A stretch of DNA of 64,000 bases from Cyanidioschyzon merolae (taxonomy: Eukaryota): the NCBI GenBank assembly GCA_000091205.1, contig AP006495.2; one strand, 5' to 3'. Of this stretch, positions 45,067 to 55,199 are shown piece after piece. The position numbers and the translations under genes were made by a program. The notes beneath the pieces are model-generated. The model was not told the DNA's origin. It saw only the letters and a program-made list of their open reading frames with translations, and ran no database searches. Within the stretch, counting starts at the first letter, position 1. Every line of letters begins with the position of its first letter.

Positions 45067-45657
45067 TAAGGATAACGAGGATCGCGAAGGCGTCTCTGTA
45101 ACGTGGGTGCGTGCGTGGGTGGATAGAGCGTACCCTCAACGCGGCCTTGTCGATGGTGACTGCGTTCACAAGACCGCACACGCCGGGCCAGCGGACGATG
45201 GGTGATCATGGACCCAAAACGTGTCGGTGCAAAGACATAAGACTGTGTCATTCGATTTCCGATAGCAACGTACAGAAGGACTGCTCGTCAGCGGTCTGTT
45301 TTTCTGGTAGAGCGCCAGGGGCCGATGCTTGACGTGGCGCCGCTGCAAGATCAGCAATAGAGGAGATCTTGAGAACAACAGTACAAAGCCGGCCACGATC
45401 GCTTGCGGTTTATGCTTCTTCTGGGGTAACAAAGCGCGTGCTTGCCGCCATCAATCGTGGATGCACTTGATGTCCACGATGGGCGTGGAGTTGCACACAA
45501 TGAGCCCGCGGATGGACGAAAGAGTTTCGTGTAGCATTCCTGTGTTTTCGCGATGCCGCCAACTTTAGTGGATGCATTCGATTTACACGATCAATTGACG
45601 TCGCTCGCAATGAGCTTGCGGATAGAACGACTAGTTTCACGTGGTGCTGCAGTATGC

Positions 45658-46698
45658 TCAGGAGCGTTGTCGAAACGCTGGTTTTGTCACGATGCGCTGA
45701 CGTCGCGGCAGAATATTCTGTAGCGAGCGCTCTTCGACAGCTGACATCTGTACTTCGGGTTCCGCGAAGCGCACGGAACGTTTCGGTGTGCCGCCTGTCC
45801 GTGACGCGCTCGAGGAGACCTGCAGGCCCGGGCTGGTCGCCGCCCTCTCGTCATGCAATGGTGCAGCGTCGCCTCCAGAGCTATGCTGCTGGCCCTGGGG
45901 CTGCTTTGTAGGCGGAAGACTCGCCATGTCCGGCGTCTTGGCTGGGATCGCTCCCGTGTTGGATGCAAGGGCGGCTTTGGGCGCAGATCGAAACCGAACA
46001 CCGTCTTTTCTAGGCGGGATTGGCGGTGCTTTTGCGAGTATGCCATTCCAGTCCGGGAGGCTGGGCGTGAGACCCGCAACCGCAGCAATGGCCTTTGTTT
46101 GCGCATTTCGGATGGTTGCATGATCTTCTCTGAGAACTGGTTTCACTGCGTCCGCGTTTGTCTCGCCAGTGGGTCGCACAAGGAAGTGGTAACCGCGATC
46201 CGCCCAGCGGAAAAGCCGTACGGGCCCTCTTTCCGTATCTTTCGGTTGGACGTTCATCGGAGTTGCTGCCGAGGCAGTCCCACAATTTCTGGACTCCGCA
46301 CCTGAAACATTTTCGTTAAAGTTTGTTTTTGGAGACGCATTCCTGCGATGCTTAGACACAGCTGTTCCAGTACCTTGCCCTGCACTGTTCAGCAGTCGAA
46401 GTGGCGATCGCTCCTGACATGCCGATACCGCTGGTGCAGAAGATGTCACTGGAGCTGGTACAACGCCCGTTTGTGATCGGGAAGGTTCACCAGTGCCCTG
46501 CTCGCTGCCTTTACGAGACCTCGCAGTGGTGTCCAACGTGCGCGGACGCAACCTTGAGAGGAACAAGCGAACGGCCATTGCGCGCTTTTCTAAAACGAAT
46601 AGCTTCCGTTCCCTTTCCTCCAGTGCCTGTTCGAGGCGACAGTACACGCGTTCGGTACCGGCAGCGGCTCTGTCAACTTCACGAGCCAGCTCTTGCAT
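45658..46698 (-). CDS. Hypothetical low-complexity (Pro/Ala/Ser/Arg-rich) protein
   Basis: Long ORF only. Possibly spurious in GC-rich DNA. Confidence 0.25.
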   Translation of the reverse strand: MQELAREVDRAAAGTERVYCRLEQALEERERKLFVLEKRAMAVRLFLSRLRPRTLDTTARSRKGSEQGTGEPSRSQTGVVPAPVTSSAPAVSACQERSPLRLLNSAGQGTGTAVSKHRRNASPKTNFNENVSGAESRNCGTASAATPMNVQPKDTERGPVRLFRWADRGYHFLVRPTGETNADAVKPVLREDHATIRNAQTKAIAAVAGLTPSLPDWNGILAKAPPIPPRKDGVRFRSAPKAALASNTGAIPAKTPDMASLPPTKQPQGQQHSSGGDAAPLHDERAATSPGLQVSSSASRTGGTPKRSVRFAEPEVQMSAVEERSLQNILPRRQRIVTKPAFRQRS

Positions 46699-46822
46699 GG
46701 GTTACAAGAAGGCTGCGTTTGGAAGGGCGCAGCTAGCTTGTGCGCGTTTCGAAATCGGCAAACGTCGAGGGGAAATCGAATGCGTGTCGCTAGGCCGCGC
46801 GCGTCCGTGCACTGCGGAATAG

Positions 46823-47050
46823 TACATAACTGGATAAGATGGACAGGAGCGCCTGGCAAGCGTCGCCGATCATGCCGCATGGCTCTGCACTGCACGGCTC
46901 TTCGGGGTGCATTCAGTGGCGTCTACAGAGAAACTGTACATAACTCATTCAAATGGACAGGACTGCCTAACCAGCGTCGCCGATCATGCCGCAGGGCGCT
47001 CTGCACTGCACGGCTCCTTGAGGCATCTGCAGTGGCGTCCGCATGCGATC
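46823..47050. repeat. Tandem repeat, 2 x 114 bp, immediately upstream of and overlapping the annotated 5' end of the MPP-beta ORF
   Basis: Unit: tacataact..a..atggacaggac/agcgcctggcaagcgtcgccgatcatgccgca.gg.tctgcactgcacggctc.t.g.gg..t.cagtggcgtc. It starts at 46823 and again at 46937. Confidence 0.85.
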
Positions 47051-48733
47051 TGTCCGCCTTGGACACCAGTCGTTGTATATGGAAAGGCCGTGCGTTGGAC
47101 CCTCGCCCGGCTGACACTTGAAAACGCACCGTTCACCATGTCCGAGTGGTTACTCCCTGTTCGAGCGTCATGGATCGGCTTGACACGACGGTGTTTTGCG
47201 TTTCAGCGGCTGGGAAGTGTACGCTATGCACACACTGGCAGTGGGAGCAGTGTGAGCAGCCATTCAACGGCTGCGGCTATGCCGCTGCCGGATCCTCTGC
47301 AGACCAGCTTCCAACCGACAGGTCTGAAAAGACTCGTTAAGCAAGTTTTCGGAGAGAACGCAGCACCGCTACCTCCTGGCTACCGTGTTGAACCGCGCCT
47401 CCTGACCCAAACACCAACCCACGTGACGACACTGACAAACGGGATGCGCGTCGCAACGGAGCGCCTGGACACGCCTACGGTGACGGTAGGACTGTGGCTG
47501 GATACGGGTACTCGATTCGAACCGGCTGCTGTGAACGGCGCAGCGCACTTTTTGGAGCACATCATTTTCAAAGGCACCCAGCGCCGAACGCAACAGCAGT
47601 TGGAGATGGAGGTAGAGGATATGGGCGCGCAACTCAATGCGTACACATCCCGCGAGCAAACCGTGTATTTTGCTCGTTGCTTGAGCGATGTGCTCCCCCA
47701 GTCAGTGGACTTGCTTGCCGATATTATTCAGAACAGCCGTCTGGATGCTGCAGCGGTGGAGCGCGAGAAAGACGTCATCTTGAGAGAGATGGAGGACATC
47801 GAATCGCAGCCAGAAGAAGTCGTATTCGACTATTTGCATGGTACTGCTTTCCAAGGGACACCTCTGTCACGGACGATCCTGGGACCGGTGGAAAATATTC
47901 AGGCAATGCAGCGGGAAGCCTTGCTCGAATACATCCGGCGACATTACCGCCCGCATCGCATGGTGCTGGTCGCTGCCGGTGGGTGTCCCGAACACGAACG
48001 GTTCGTGGAGCTCGCCGAGAAGCACTTTGGCAGCATGCCTCGTGCCGAAGATGAAAGCGTGTCTTCAGAAACACTTGCAGCCGCTGAGCCCGCGTACTTT
48101 ACCGGCTCCGATGTGCGTGTTCGGAATGATGACATGCAGCTGGCGCACTTCGCGCTCGCCTTTGAGACCTGCGGCTGGGCGCATCCAGATGCGCCCGCGC
48201 TCATGGTGATGCAGGCGCTCATGGGTGCCTACGATCGCAACGCAGCCCTGAGCCGCTTCTCGTCGTCGCGCCTGTGCAGGGGACTCCACAATGTTCCGAA
48301 CGCCGTTAGCGCACAGGCCTTCAATACGTCGTATGTAGATACGGGCCTTTTCGGTGTTTATGCTATAGCGCATCCGCCTGATCTGGATGACGTCGTCTAC
48401 GAGATTCAGATGCAGTTAACCGGGATGGCGTACAAGCTCGATGAGTCCGAGGTGGAACGGGCGAAGAGGCAACTCAAAACATCGCTTTTACTCCAGCTGT
48501 CCGATTCAAACGCCGTTGCGGAGGATATTGGCCGTCAGTTGCTGACCTACAACCGTCGTGTGCCGCTGGCTGAAACGTTCGCTCGGATCGATGCGGTAAC
48601 GGCGGAAAGTCTGATTCACATTGCGAACAAGTACCTGTGTGATCGGGAGCTTGCTGTGGCCTCTTTGGGCCCGATCGCTTCGCTGCCGGATCTGCTGTGG
48701 ATGCGACGACGCACGTACTGGTTGCGGTACTAG
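46907..48733 (+). CDS. Mitochondrial processing peptidase beta subunit (M16 metallopeptidase)
   Basis: HFLEHIIFKGT carries the M16 zinc motif HxxEH. The match continues through LTNGMRVATERLDTPTVTVGLWLDTGTRFE...EMEVEDMGAQLNAYTSREQTVYF. The likely true start is the Met at about 47138 (MSEWLLPVRASWIGLTRRCFAF..., presequence-like). Confidence 0.85.
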   Translation: MHSVASTEKLYITHSNGQDCLTSVADHAAGRSALHGSLRHLQWRPHAICPPWTPVVVYGKAVRWTLARLTLENAPFTMSEWLLPVRASWIGLTRRCFAFQRLGSVRYAHTGSGSSVSSHSTAAAMPLPDPLQTSFQPTGLKRLVKQVFGENAAPLPPGYRVEPRLLTQTPTHVTTLTNGMRVATERLDTPTVTVGLWLDTGTRFEPAAVNGAAHFLEHIIFKGTQRRTQQQLEMEVEDMGAQLNAYTSREQTVYFARCLSDVLPQSVDLLADIIQNSRLDAAAVEREKDVILREMEDIESQPEEVVFDYLHGTAFQGTPLSRTILGPVENIQAMQREALLEYIRRHYRPHRMVLVAAGGCPEHERFVELAEKHFGSMPRAEDESVSSETLAAAEPAYFTGSDVRVRNDDMQLAHFALAFETCGWAHPDAPALMVMQALMGAYDRNAALSRFSSSRLCRGLHNVPNAVSAQAFNTSYVDTGLFGVYAIAHPPDLDDVVYEIQMQLTGMAYKLDESEVERAKRQLKTSLLLQLSDSNAVAEDIGRQLLTYNRRVPLAETFARIDAVTAESLIHIANKYLCDRELAVASLGPIASLPDLLWMRRRTYWLRY

Positions 48734-50387
48734 TTTGATTCTTGTGAAAGATGTTGTTACCGTGCGCATACACTGTAAAACAGGTCGCCCGTATTCGTTC
48801 CGCGCTTTTCGTAAAGACTCTGGACACACAACCGTAGCACACGTTCTGCACCGGTCTGTTGGGACGTCGTCACCAGGCGGGGGCCTTGTTTGCGTACGCA
48901 AGGCTTAACTTTAGCAATGGCAATGCATTTCGACGCCCAGGTTGCAGCAGCAGATACGAATGGCGCCCTCGGTAGGTGCCCCGCTTGCGTCACGAGATAA
49001 ACAGAAGCGGTATGCATCATCCGATGCGGGGCCTATGTACCGGTCTCAGGGTCTGTATCGAGGACGATACCTTGAACCACGGAGCGCTTCGTGTTACCAG
49101 CACGCCGTCACGTCTCCAGCGAGCAGTTTGTCGGCTGTGGTGCGGATAGGGGGCGCCTTCGCACCGCTCGGCCCTGGCCTCGTGACGCAAAGCCAGTTCA
49201 GAGCGCTGCTGCACCGATTGCAGTCGATGGTGTGCATGGTAAAAAACAGCCGTTATTGGGCAATCGCCAACAAATATCGCACGTTTTCACAGCACAATTG
49301 TGAAGCTTCCCAATACGCAAGCCGTATACGCCGTCACCGTTACCGCCACGAACAGCTACTCCAGACCGAGCAGCGGGGAAATTGCGGTACGCGAGCACCG
49401 ACGCTACCTGCATGTCGTATTGAAACGCAACAGTGGACTGTATGATTTTGTTTCCGAGCTCTGATCTTTTTCCGAGCCATTCTTAGATGTAAAGCGTCGA
49501 CATTCGAAGCGCAGCGAGATGGCTTACGGGCGCATTCGTAGCTTTCGGGTTCTAGATTGTCTTTTTCGAGTGGCTCTCGGTACGCTTTGGTGCTCGAATT
49601 CGTTGCGGCACCGGAATCTAGATGACTCACGACGCCCCCGAACACGGGTTCTCAAACTAACCGGTATCATTATCAGGTTCCTACGTACCAGCATGCACTC
49701 GTCTCCTTTCCGTGCAGGTCGCATGCTCATATGCCACCTGCTGAATGTTTTCGATCTTTCTGATTTATGGTGTAACTCGTGGGCGCAGCCATTCGCGCCG
49801 TTGGATTGACGACGAAATAAATCTTGGACGTCATCGCTTGGCGAGCTGTTCACGAGCGCATGCCGAAAGCTCCCTGAGCTCGGCACTTCAAATAATGGAT
49901 TTCGTTCGAAAGACCAATCTCCCGATCTTTGCGGTCATCCACGAAACGGCGTTCGACGGCAGTATGCTACATCTCATTGGATTTTCTCCGAAACGCTCGT
50001 GTATATTCTGTTTGCTTGAACGTGGGTTTTGGACTTGAGTCACCGCTGCGACCGCTTCCGGTGGAGCCTGCGTTATGGATAAGCACGGACGGAGCGTAGA
50101 CGGACCAGAATATCTAGAGCGCTTCTTCAACCTGAATTTTCCTTGCGGTGGTTTTCTTTTATCATGGAAATCATCGCGTTTCACAAATCATTCATGGAAT
50201 AGAGCAGCGTGCACTCGCGCGTGCAGCGGAGAGCGTATTCACCAAAGCTGACTTTCCAGAACATAACTGTTCTCGTCCGGTACTGTATTGGACCTGGAAA
50301 CGGAGAAGGACATGTCCCGAGCGAAAAAGCTCGCTTTCACGCGCCTCAGAGCGGCACTCGGAGAGGGAATTGCGATGCATGTATGTG

Positions 50388-50580
50388 AAGACCTGATCAC
50401 GACCGAATGGAACCGCTACGAGAGACGCTCCGAAGCAGTGTGCAAAAAAATGAAAATGGGAAGCGACGCATCGTTCGCAACTTCAGCTTCTGCAAGACAT
50501 GCGAAAACGGAAGCTGTAATCCGCAAAATCGGGACTTGAACGCTGCCATCGACATCGTTCGTTTGCCGGCAACGGGACCA
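50388..50580 (+). pseudogene. Remnant of a second, distinct TnpB/Fanzor-like family (C-terminal zinc finger plus RuvC-III)
   Basis: Frame-3 translation gives ...KRRIVRNFSFCKTCENGSCNPQNRDLNAAIDIVRLPATGPG*. This is the canonical F-x-C-x2-C...(N/D)RDxNAAxNI C-terminus. The upstream frame (50288..) has GIAMHVCEDLITTEW, possibly RuvC-II-like, separated by a frameshift. Confidence 0.5.
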
Positions 50581-51068
50581 GGCTGAAAACAGTGACTGAA
50601 GTATTGAAAGCCAAAGATAGACAGGGGGAAAGAAACAAGTTACAGGAAAAGTCCGCAACGGCTAGTGTTGATGTCAGTGGCAAAGGAGTCAAAGTTGAGC
50701 ATGTTCGCTCGAGTTCGTAGATCCGTTCCATTGTACGCCAATGTGGATGTAGTCCTGGGTGTCGTGCGTGCGTGCGCCGTGGAAACTCGTGCCACGGCAC
50801 TTGCGTGTCAGAAAGCGCGGGAACCCGTGGAACGCTTGCTTTCAGAGAAAATCGAGGTTTGAGGCTTTCATCTCTTCACGCCAAGACAGAGATTCCATAG
50901 GTAATTTTTCATTGCAAGGTACGATCGTTTTCACCACGGACTTTCATAGCCAATCAAGTATTTAGCGCTTTCGCGGTACATTTGGACCACGTTTCCGTAT
51001 TCAACTTTTCGTTGCAGTCCAAATAGTGCCGCGCGGTTTGGCGTTGGAGGCGGCTCGGGTAATGTATC

Positions 51069-51764
51069 TTGTCGAGCGAACGGGACACACGGTGTCGCAC
51101 CAGTTTGGTTTCCACGAGTTTCGACCAGATGGCCGCGGACGTCAACCGTGAACCATCGTTTGCGTGTAGCGCTTGCGGTGCTTCCCAGACGCTCTTCAAA
51201 CGCTACACGCTTTGTATCGGCTACGGGAATGCGAACGGTACGGAAACTGTTTTACTGGGCTTGAAACAACGAGGCTTTGGTCGAGGCAAGTGGAACGGAT
51301 TCGGCGGCAAAGTCGAAGCAGGCGAAAACGTCTGCCAGGCGGCACTCAGAGAGCTCTACGAGGAAGCCGGCGTCCACATTGTTGCCGATGGCCATCCGTC
51401 GAGTGCGCGTTGCACCACACCTCGTCATGATATACGGCGCTTCCGATGGGCTGGTTGTCTGTGCTTTACCTTCGAGGCGAAGTCCATGCCCAGAATGCAT
51501 GTAGATGTATTCAGCGGTTCCATTTGTGCATGTCGAGAGCCACGTGCCAGCGATGAAATGATTCCGCAATGGTACGCGTACTCGCAGATACCCTACGAGA
51601 GCATGTGGCCAGATGACGCGATATGGTTGCCACTTTTACTTCAGCAGGATCAGGAGCTGCATCCTCGAATTCTAATCGCGGAGTTCATTTACAATGATGA
51701 CGCGGATAACATTTTGAAAAGCAACGTTCGGCTGTTACCTCGGGAGCAAGCTGGCATCTTCTAA
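51069..51764 (+). CDS. Nudix hydrolase, NUDT1/MTH1-like (oxidised purine nucleoside triphosphatase)
   Basis: The Nudix box is GGKVEAGENVCQAALRELYEEAGV. Flanking matches to human MTH1 include GLKQRGFGRGKWNGFGG, ...DEMIPQWYAYSQIPYESMWPDDAIWLPLLLQ.... The start is probably an internal Met (about 51129). Confidence 0.8.
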   Translation: MSSERDTRCRTSLVSTSFDQMAADVNREPSFACSACGASQTLFKRYTLCIGYGNANGTETVLLGLKQRGFGRGKWNGFGGKVEAGENVCQAALRELYEEAGVHIVADGHPSSARCTTPRHDIRRFRWAGCLCFTFEAKSMPRMHVDVFSGSICACREPRASDEMIPQWYAYSQIPYESMWPDDAIWLPLLLQQDQELHPRILIAEFIYNDDADNILKSNVRLLPREQAGIF

Positions 51765-52405
51765 CGAGTGTCACTGACGCATCGTGCGCATGGTGCAAAC
51801 GTGGTGTAAACGCTTTGCGACGGTCACCGCTGGTCATTCTAAGCTCCAGGCGACACACAGAGGGGATTTGGATCCGCAGGCAGCAATGGTTTCGATGAAG
51901 CACAACGAGTCTGCTGCGCAGCAGCAGCGCGCGTTCACCTCAGCCTAGCACCCATCAGACCAGTTCAGCGCCACCCATCTGCCCGAACCGGGACACTCGC
52001 TTTTAAAGGCCTTTTCCGCTGCTCGAGGTACCACTCACCAAGGCGACGCCCAAGTACCGTACCCAGTCCAAGCATGAGTCCTGTAACTAAAGGGTACAGA
52101 ACGACTTCTTTCGCCCTTTCGAGCGCGCGCTGCGCTCGTGAACGATCGCCCGGTGCCATGGCCCTAGGTTCAGTGAGCAACAAGCCGCTCCGGCGAAAGC
52201 GCTTTCGATTAGTAGTCTAGGCACTTTTGTCGTGCGCACGTGCCGTCTTACAAGAGCGCCCCGAAGCAGCGACCTAAACGCAGTGCGTTGGCAAACGGAA
52301 CGCGATCGAGCCTGCTTTCCGCCGCTCGCTCGATTTCAGAGACCACGGACTGACCACGAATAGGCTGCCACGCAGATACCTGTGCGTGGACGTCTTTACA
52401 AGAAC

Positions 52406-53327
52406 TCAGCTCGATGATGGGGCAAACTTCGCACGAACCAGCAAGAAACGCCGTTCTAAAGTAGAACGTCGTCGGCGGTGTACAGTAGTAGCGACCGGTG
52501 CGCCTTGGACACCAAGTCGCCTACTGACGTGCAGACGCTTCCTAGGCTTTTTCGACCGGCCGCCTACTACTGCTTCCAATTGTGTCTCATATAGTAAAAC
52601 CTTAAGAGGTTGTCCAACAAAATTCTCGCGTGTCATCTCTGGAGGTCTCGTCTCCAACACCGCACATCTCCTTATATTGATGGCGGTAATAAAATCTCGG
52701 TTCACAAAATCCATCCGTTTCGTGCCGTTGGGAGTTGTACTTACTAATGCAAGCAGTCCACGAACTTTCGCTCTCCTTTCCATTTGCTCTTCCGTCAGCT
52801 GTCTATACTTTGCTATATCCTCAGGGCTCCTCTGGCACTTTTCCATCTCGACTCTCTGAAGTGTTAACCCCTGTTCATGGTGTGTGTGCTATGTTCGAAA
52901 CTCAACTACAGGTATCGTAACGAAACGCCTTGCACACTCCTTGTACATTCTTGTCGTTGGAGCTGGTGTAGTGCCTTTCTTGGGCACCCATCGTCCTGCT
53001 CCGTACGCTACGACGAGCCTCTGACTTTCCTCCTCCTTCAGGGCGCTCAACTCATTCAAAAAATTCGCGAACGCCCGCTGCCTCCCACCGTATAGATTCA
53101 TTCGCAAACGAGCCCACGGGGGTTGGTATACTCCTCCCATAGCGCATCCCGGTGCGCCATATGCGAACTTCCATGAATTTCCGGACAGCTCCAAAGTCCG
53201 CTCCTCGGCTCGTCACCTTACTCAAAGCTTCCGGGCGATCCTTCATTCCTGCATTCCGTTTCTCGATTTTCTTCCTCGCATTCATGATTCCCGATTCTCG
53301 ATAGTATCTCGCTCTCGAGATCCTCAA
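52406..53327 (-). pseudogene. Frameshifted C-terminal half of the Fanzor/TnpB-like protein (RuvC-II-like, zinc-finger, RuvC-III and C-terminal tail)
   Basis: Three different minus-strand frames (ORFs 53052..53327, 52889..53194, 52406..52846) are needed to read it. Together they are homologous to copy C. Confidence 0.65.
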
Positions 53328-54703
53328 AAAAGACGCATGTCTTTCTGACGCAAGTTACCATCAGCACCATCTTCCGTACGCTTCGGTGCTACGATGGTTA
53401 TGATATTCGTATTCCCAGGGTCCGCGCCAACGACAAGGTCGTTATCCTGCACTTTCTGCGCGGCAGGATCCTCCTCCTTCTCATCTTTATGCATCGCCGC
53501 GCCAACGACAAAGTCGTTAGCTTGCACCTCCTGCGTCGCAGCATCCTCCTCTTTGTTTTCTTCATGCTTCGCCGCGCCAACGACAAGGTCGTTATCCTGC
53601 GCTTTCTGTGTCGCGGGACCCGCCTCTTTGTTTTCTTCATGCTTCGTGACGGGCGCAGCCGATGGAGGGACTGGACGATCTTTCTTCAACCTCCGATAGT
53701 GCACACACATGGCTACTCCATCGGGTTCGATCAACCCAGTGAATACCTTTTGTTTGCTCACTTTCAGACGTTTGAAATCGAAGATGCTCATCCAGTACGT
53801 CTCCCGGTTTCCGCCGGTGAAGTCCTCCCTGCTAACATCGAACTCCGGACAGATATCCCTCGTGATGCCGTAAAGGATTCTGGAGTTGATAGTCACAAAA
53901 TGTGACTTGATCTTGCACATTGGAACCACGTTGAAGTGCTTCCCCATTAGGACAGCCTTCCGTCTCTCCCACTCTTCCTTTGACTCTTCACTCAGCTTCA
54001 TCTCCGCTTTGCGTTCGAGCTCTCGGTCCAGAAACACAAAATAGCGCAGAACGAGGCGATCGTATCTTTCCCTATCTTTTTTCAACGCTGATATCTTGTC
54101 TGTTGGATTCGCCAGCCCCAGTACCGTACGATGCTCTTCGATAACCGCACGGATGACGGAATTCTCATTCGTGCTCTGGTTTGACTCCTTGTTGTCAACG
54201 AATTCGACCTCATTTCCATAGTTTCGATCGTTCGTGATGCCATTGATAATCGCCCATATTCCTTTGCGAGACAGGCCCCGGTAGAGTGCAAACACGGCGC
54301 GTATCATGAAACGTTCGAGGTTCATTCTGAAATGGTTCTTCAGATTCGTCAGGTACTTCATCGCCCCATATGTGTAGATATCCGCGTCACCCCTGTATTG
54401 GGTACCCTCGAAGAGGAATTCCGCGAAGTTTTCGTGGAGGACTTTCACCCGCTCATTTTCCCTCCGCGCTTCCTCTGTACCAAGCATCAGCTGACGAATA
54501 AAGGTCTTATCGAAAAACTCGTCCGGAATCTCGACCGTTTCCATGTTCGTCACGTAGAGGTACATCTCCTTCACCAAATGCATCAGTCCTGAAGATGCCT
54601 TTATCCTACTCATGGGGTACAACTCGAGAAGGTTTTTGATGGCCTCTCGCAACTTTTCCTTGTACGGATCCTTGATATATTTAAGAACACAGACTTTCAC
54701 CAC
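53324..54703 (-). CDS. Intact 459-aa ORF encoding the N-terminal (REC-like to RuvC-I) portion of the Fanzor/TnpB-like protein
   Basis: Uninterrupted ORF of lower GC. The C-terminal [15 protein letters not shown] matches the TnpB/Fanzor RuvC-I (hGhDxG) pattern. It contains a 3 x 25-aa tandem repeat just upstream of that motif. Confidence 0.65.
   Translation of the reverse strand: MVKVCVLKYIKDPYKEKLREAIKNLLELYPMSRIKASSGLMHLVKEMYLYVTNMETVEIPDEFFDKTFIRQLMLGTEEARRENERVKVLHENFAEFLFEGTQYRGDADIYTYGAMKYLTNLKNHFRMNLERFMIRAVFALYRGLSRKGIWAIINGITNDRNYGNEVEFVDNKESNQSTNENSVIRAVIEEHRTVLGLANPTDKISALKKDRERYDRLVLRYFVFLDRELERKAEMKLSEESKEEWERRKAVLMGKHFNVVPMCKIKSHFVTINSRILYGITRDICPEFDVSREDFTGGNRETYWMSIFDFKRLKVSKQKVFTGLIEPDGVAMCVHYRRLKKDRPVPPSAAPVTKHEENKEAGPATQKAQDNDLVVGAAKHEENKEEDAATQEVQANDFVVGAAMHKDEKEEDPAAQKVQDNDLVVGADPGNTNIITIVAPKRTEDGADGNLRQKDMRLF
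53422..53650. repeat. Tandem repeat, 3 x 75 bp, inside the Fanzor-like ORF (encodes [25 protein letters not shown] x 3)
   Basis: The ccgcgccaacgacaa(g/a)gtcgtta.. units start at 53422, 53497 and 53572. Confidence 0.85.
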
Positions 54704-55199
54704 TATCTCGTTGTACAGTTGTCTTTCTTGCCGCCTTCGACGTAGAACCTCCCCCTTTTTGAATCTTCATCACTTCCTGTTCCTCTTTGCTCCGCCTTGT
54801 TTATCTTTTTTTCCGGCAGCGGGTGATATCGGCCCTCCGGGATCCTCCACTTCCATTTCCATGACTTTCCTTTTAATTTTTTGAAAACGAACGCTCTTTG
54901 AACGCTTCTGTTATATACTTCGAAAAAACACTTGAATATACTCAATTGAGGGTCGGAATAGGATGGAACAGAAAACCTATACTTTGCTACGACCTCAACG
55001 CGAATACAACTTTTACAGTAGAATAGCACGCCAATGATCAGGATCACTGTTCCCCTCAAGAGCGACCAGAGCGTCGTGTCTCGTGCCCGCCGGATCTGCC
55101 AGGTGCGCGTGCACGCGCAGCGGCTGACCTGCGCCCCGCCGCCGATCAGGAGATTGCTTCTGGATATGTCTATCTCAAAGCGTGATAACCTGTTGCTGA

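Larger units (their letters stand above)
52386..55040 (-). mobile_element. Near-full-length TnpB/Fanzor-like element (copy D), AT-richer than the host DNA. It has an intact N-terminal ORF plus a frameshifted C-terminal half.
   Basis: The N-terminal ORF 53324..54703 ends in ...[24 protein letters not shown] (RuvC-I-like). Downstream minus-strand frames give ...RQRAFANFLNELSALKEEESQRLVVAYGAGRW...FVTIPVVEFRTS, ...CQRSPEDI...RRAKVRGLLALVSTT...KRMDFVNRDFITAINIRRCAVLETRPPEMTRENFVGQPLKV.... The 3' tail aligns with copy C. The right boundary is marked by the GC shift at about 55040. Confidence 0.7.
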
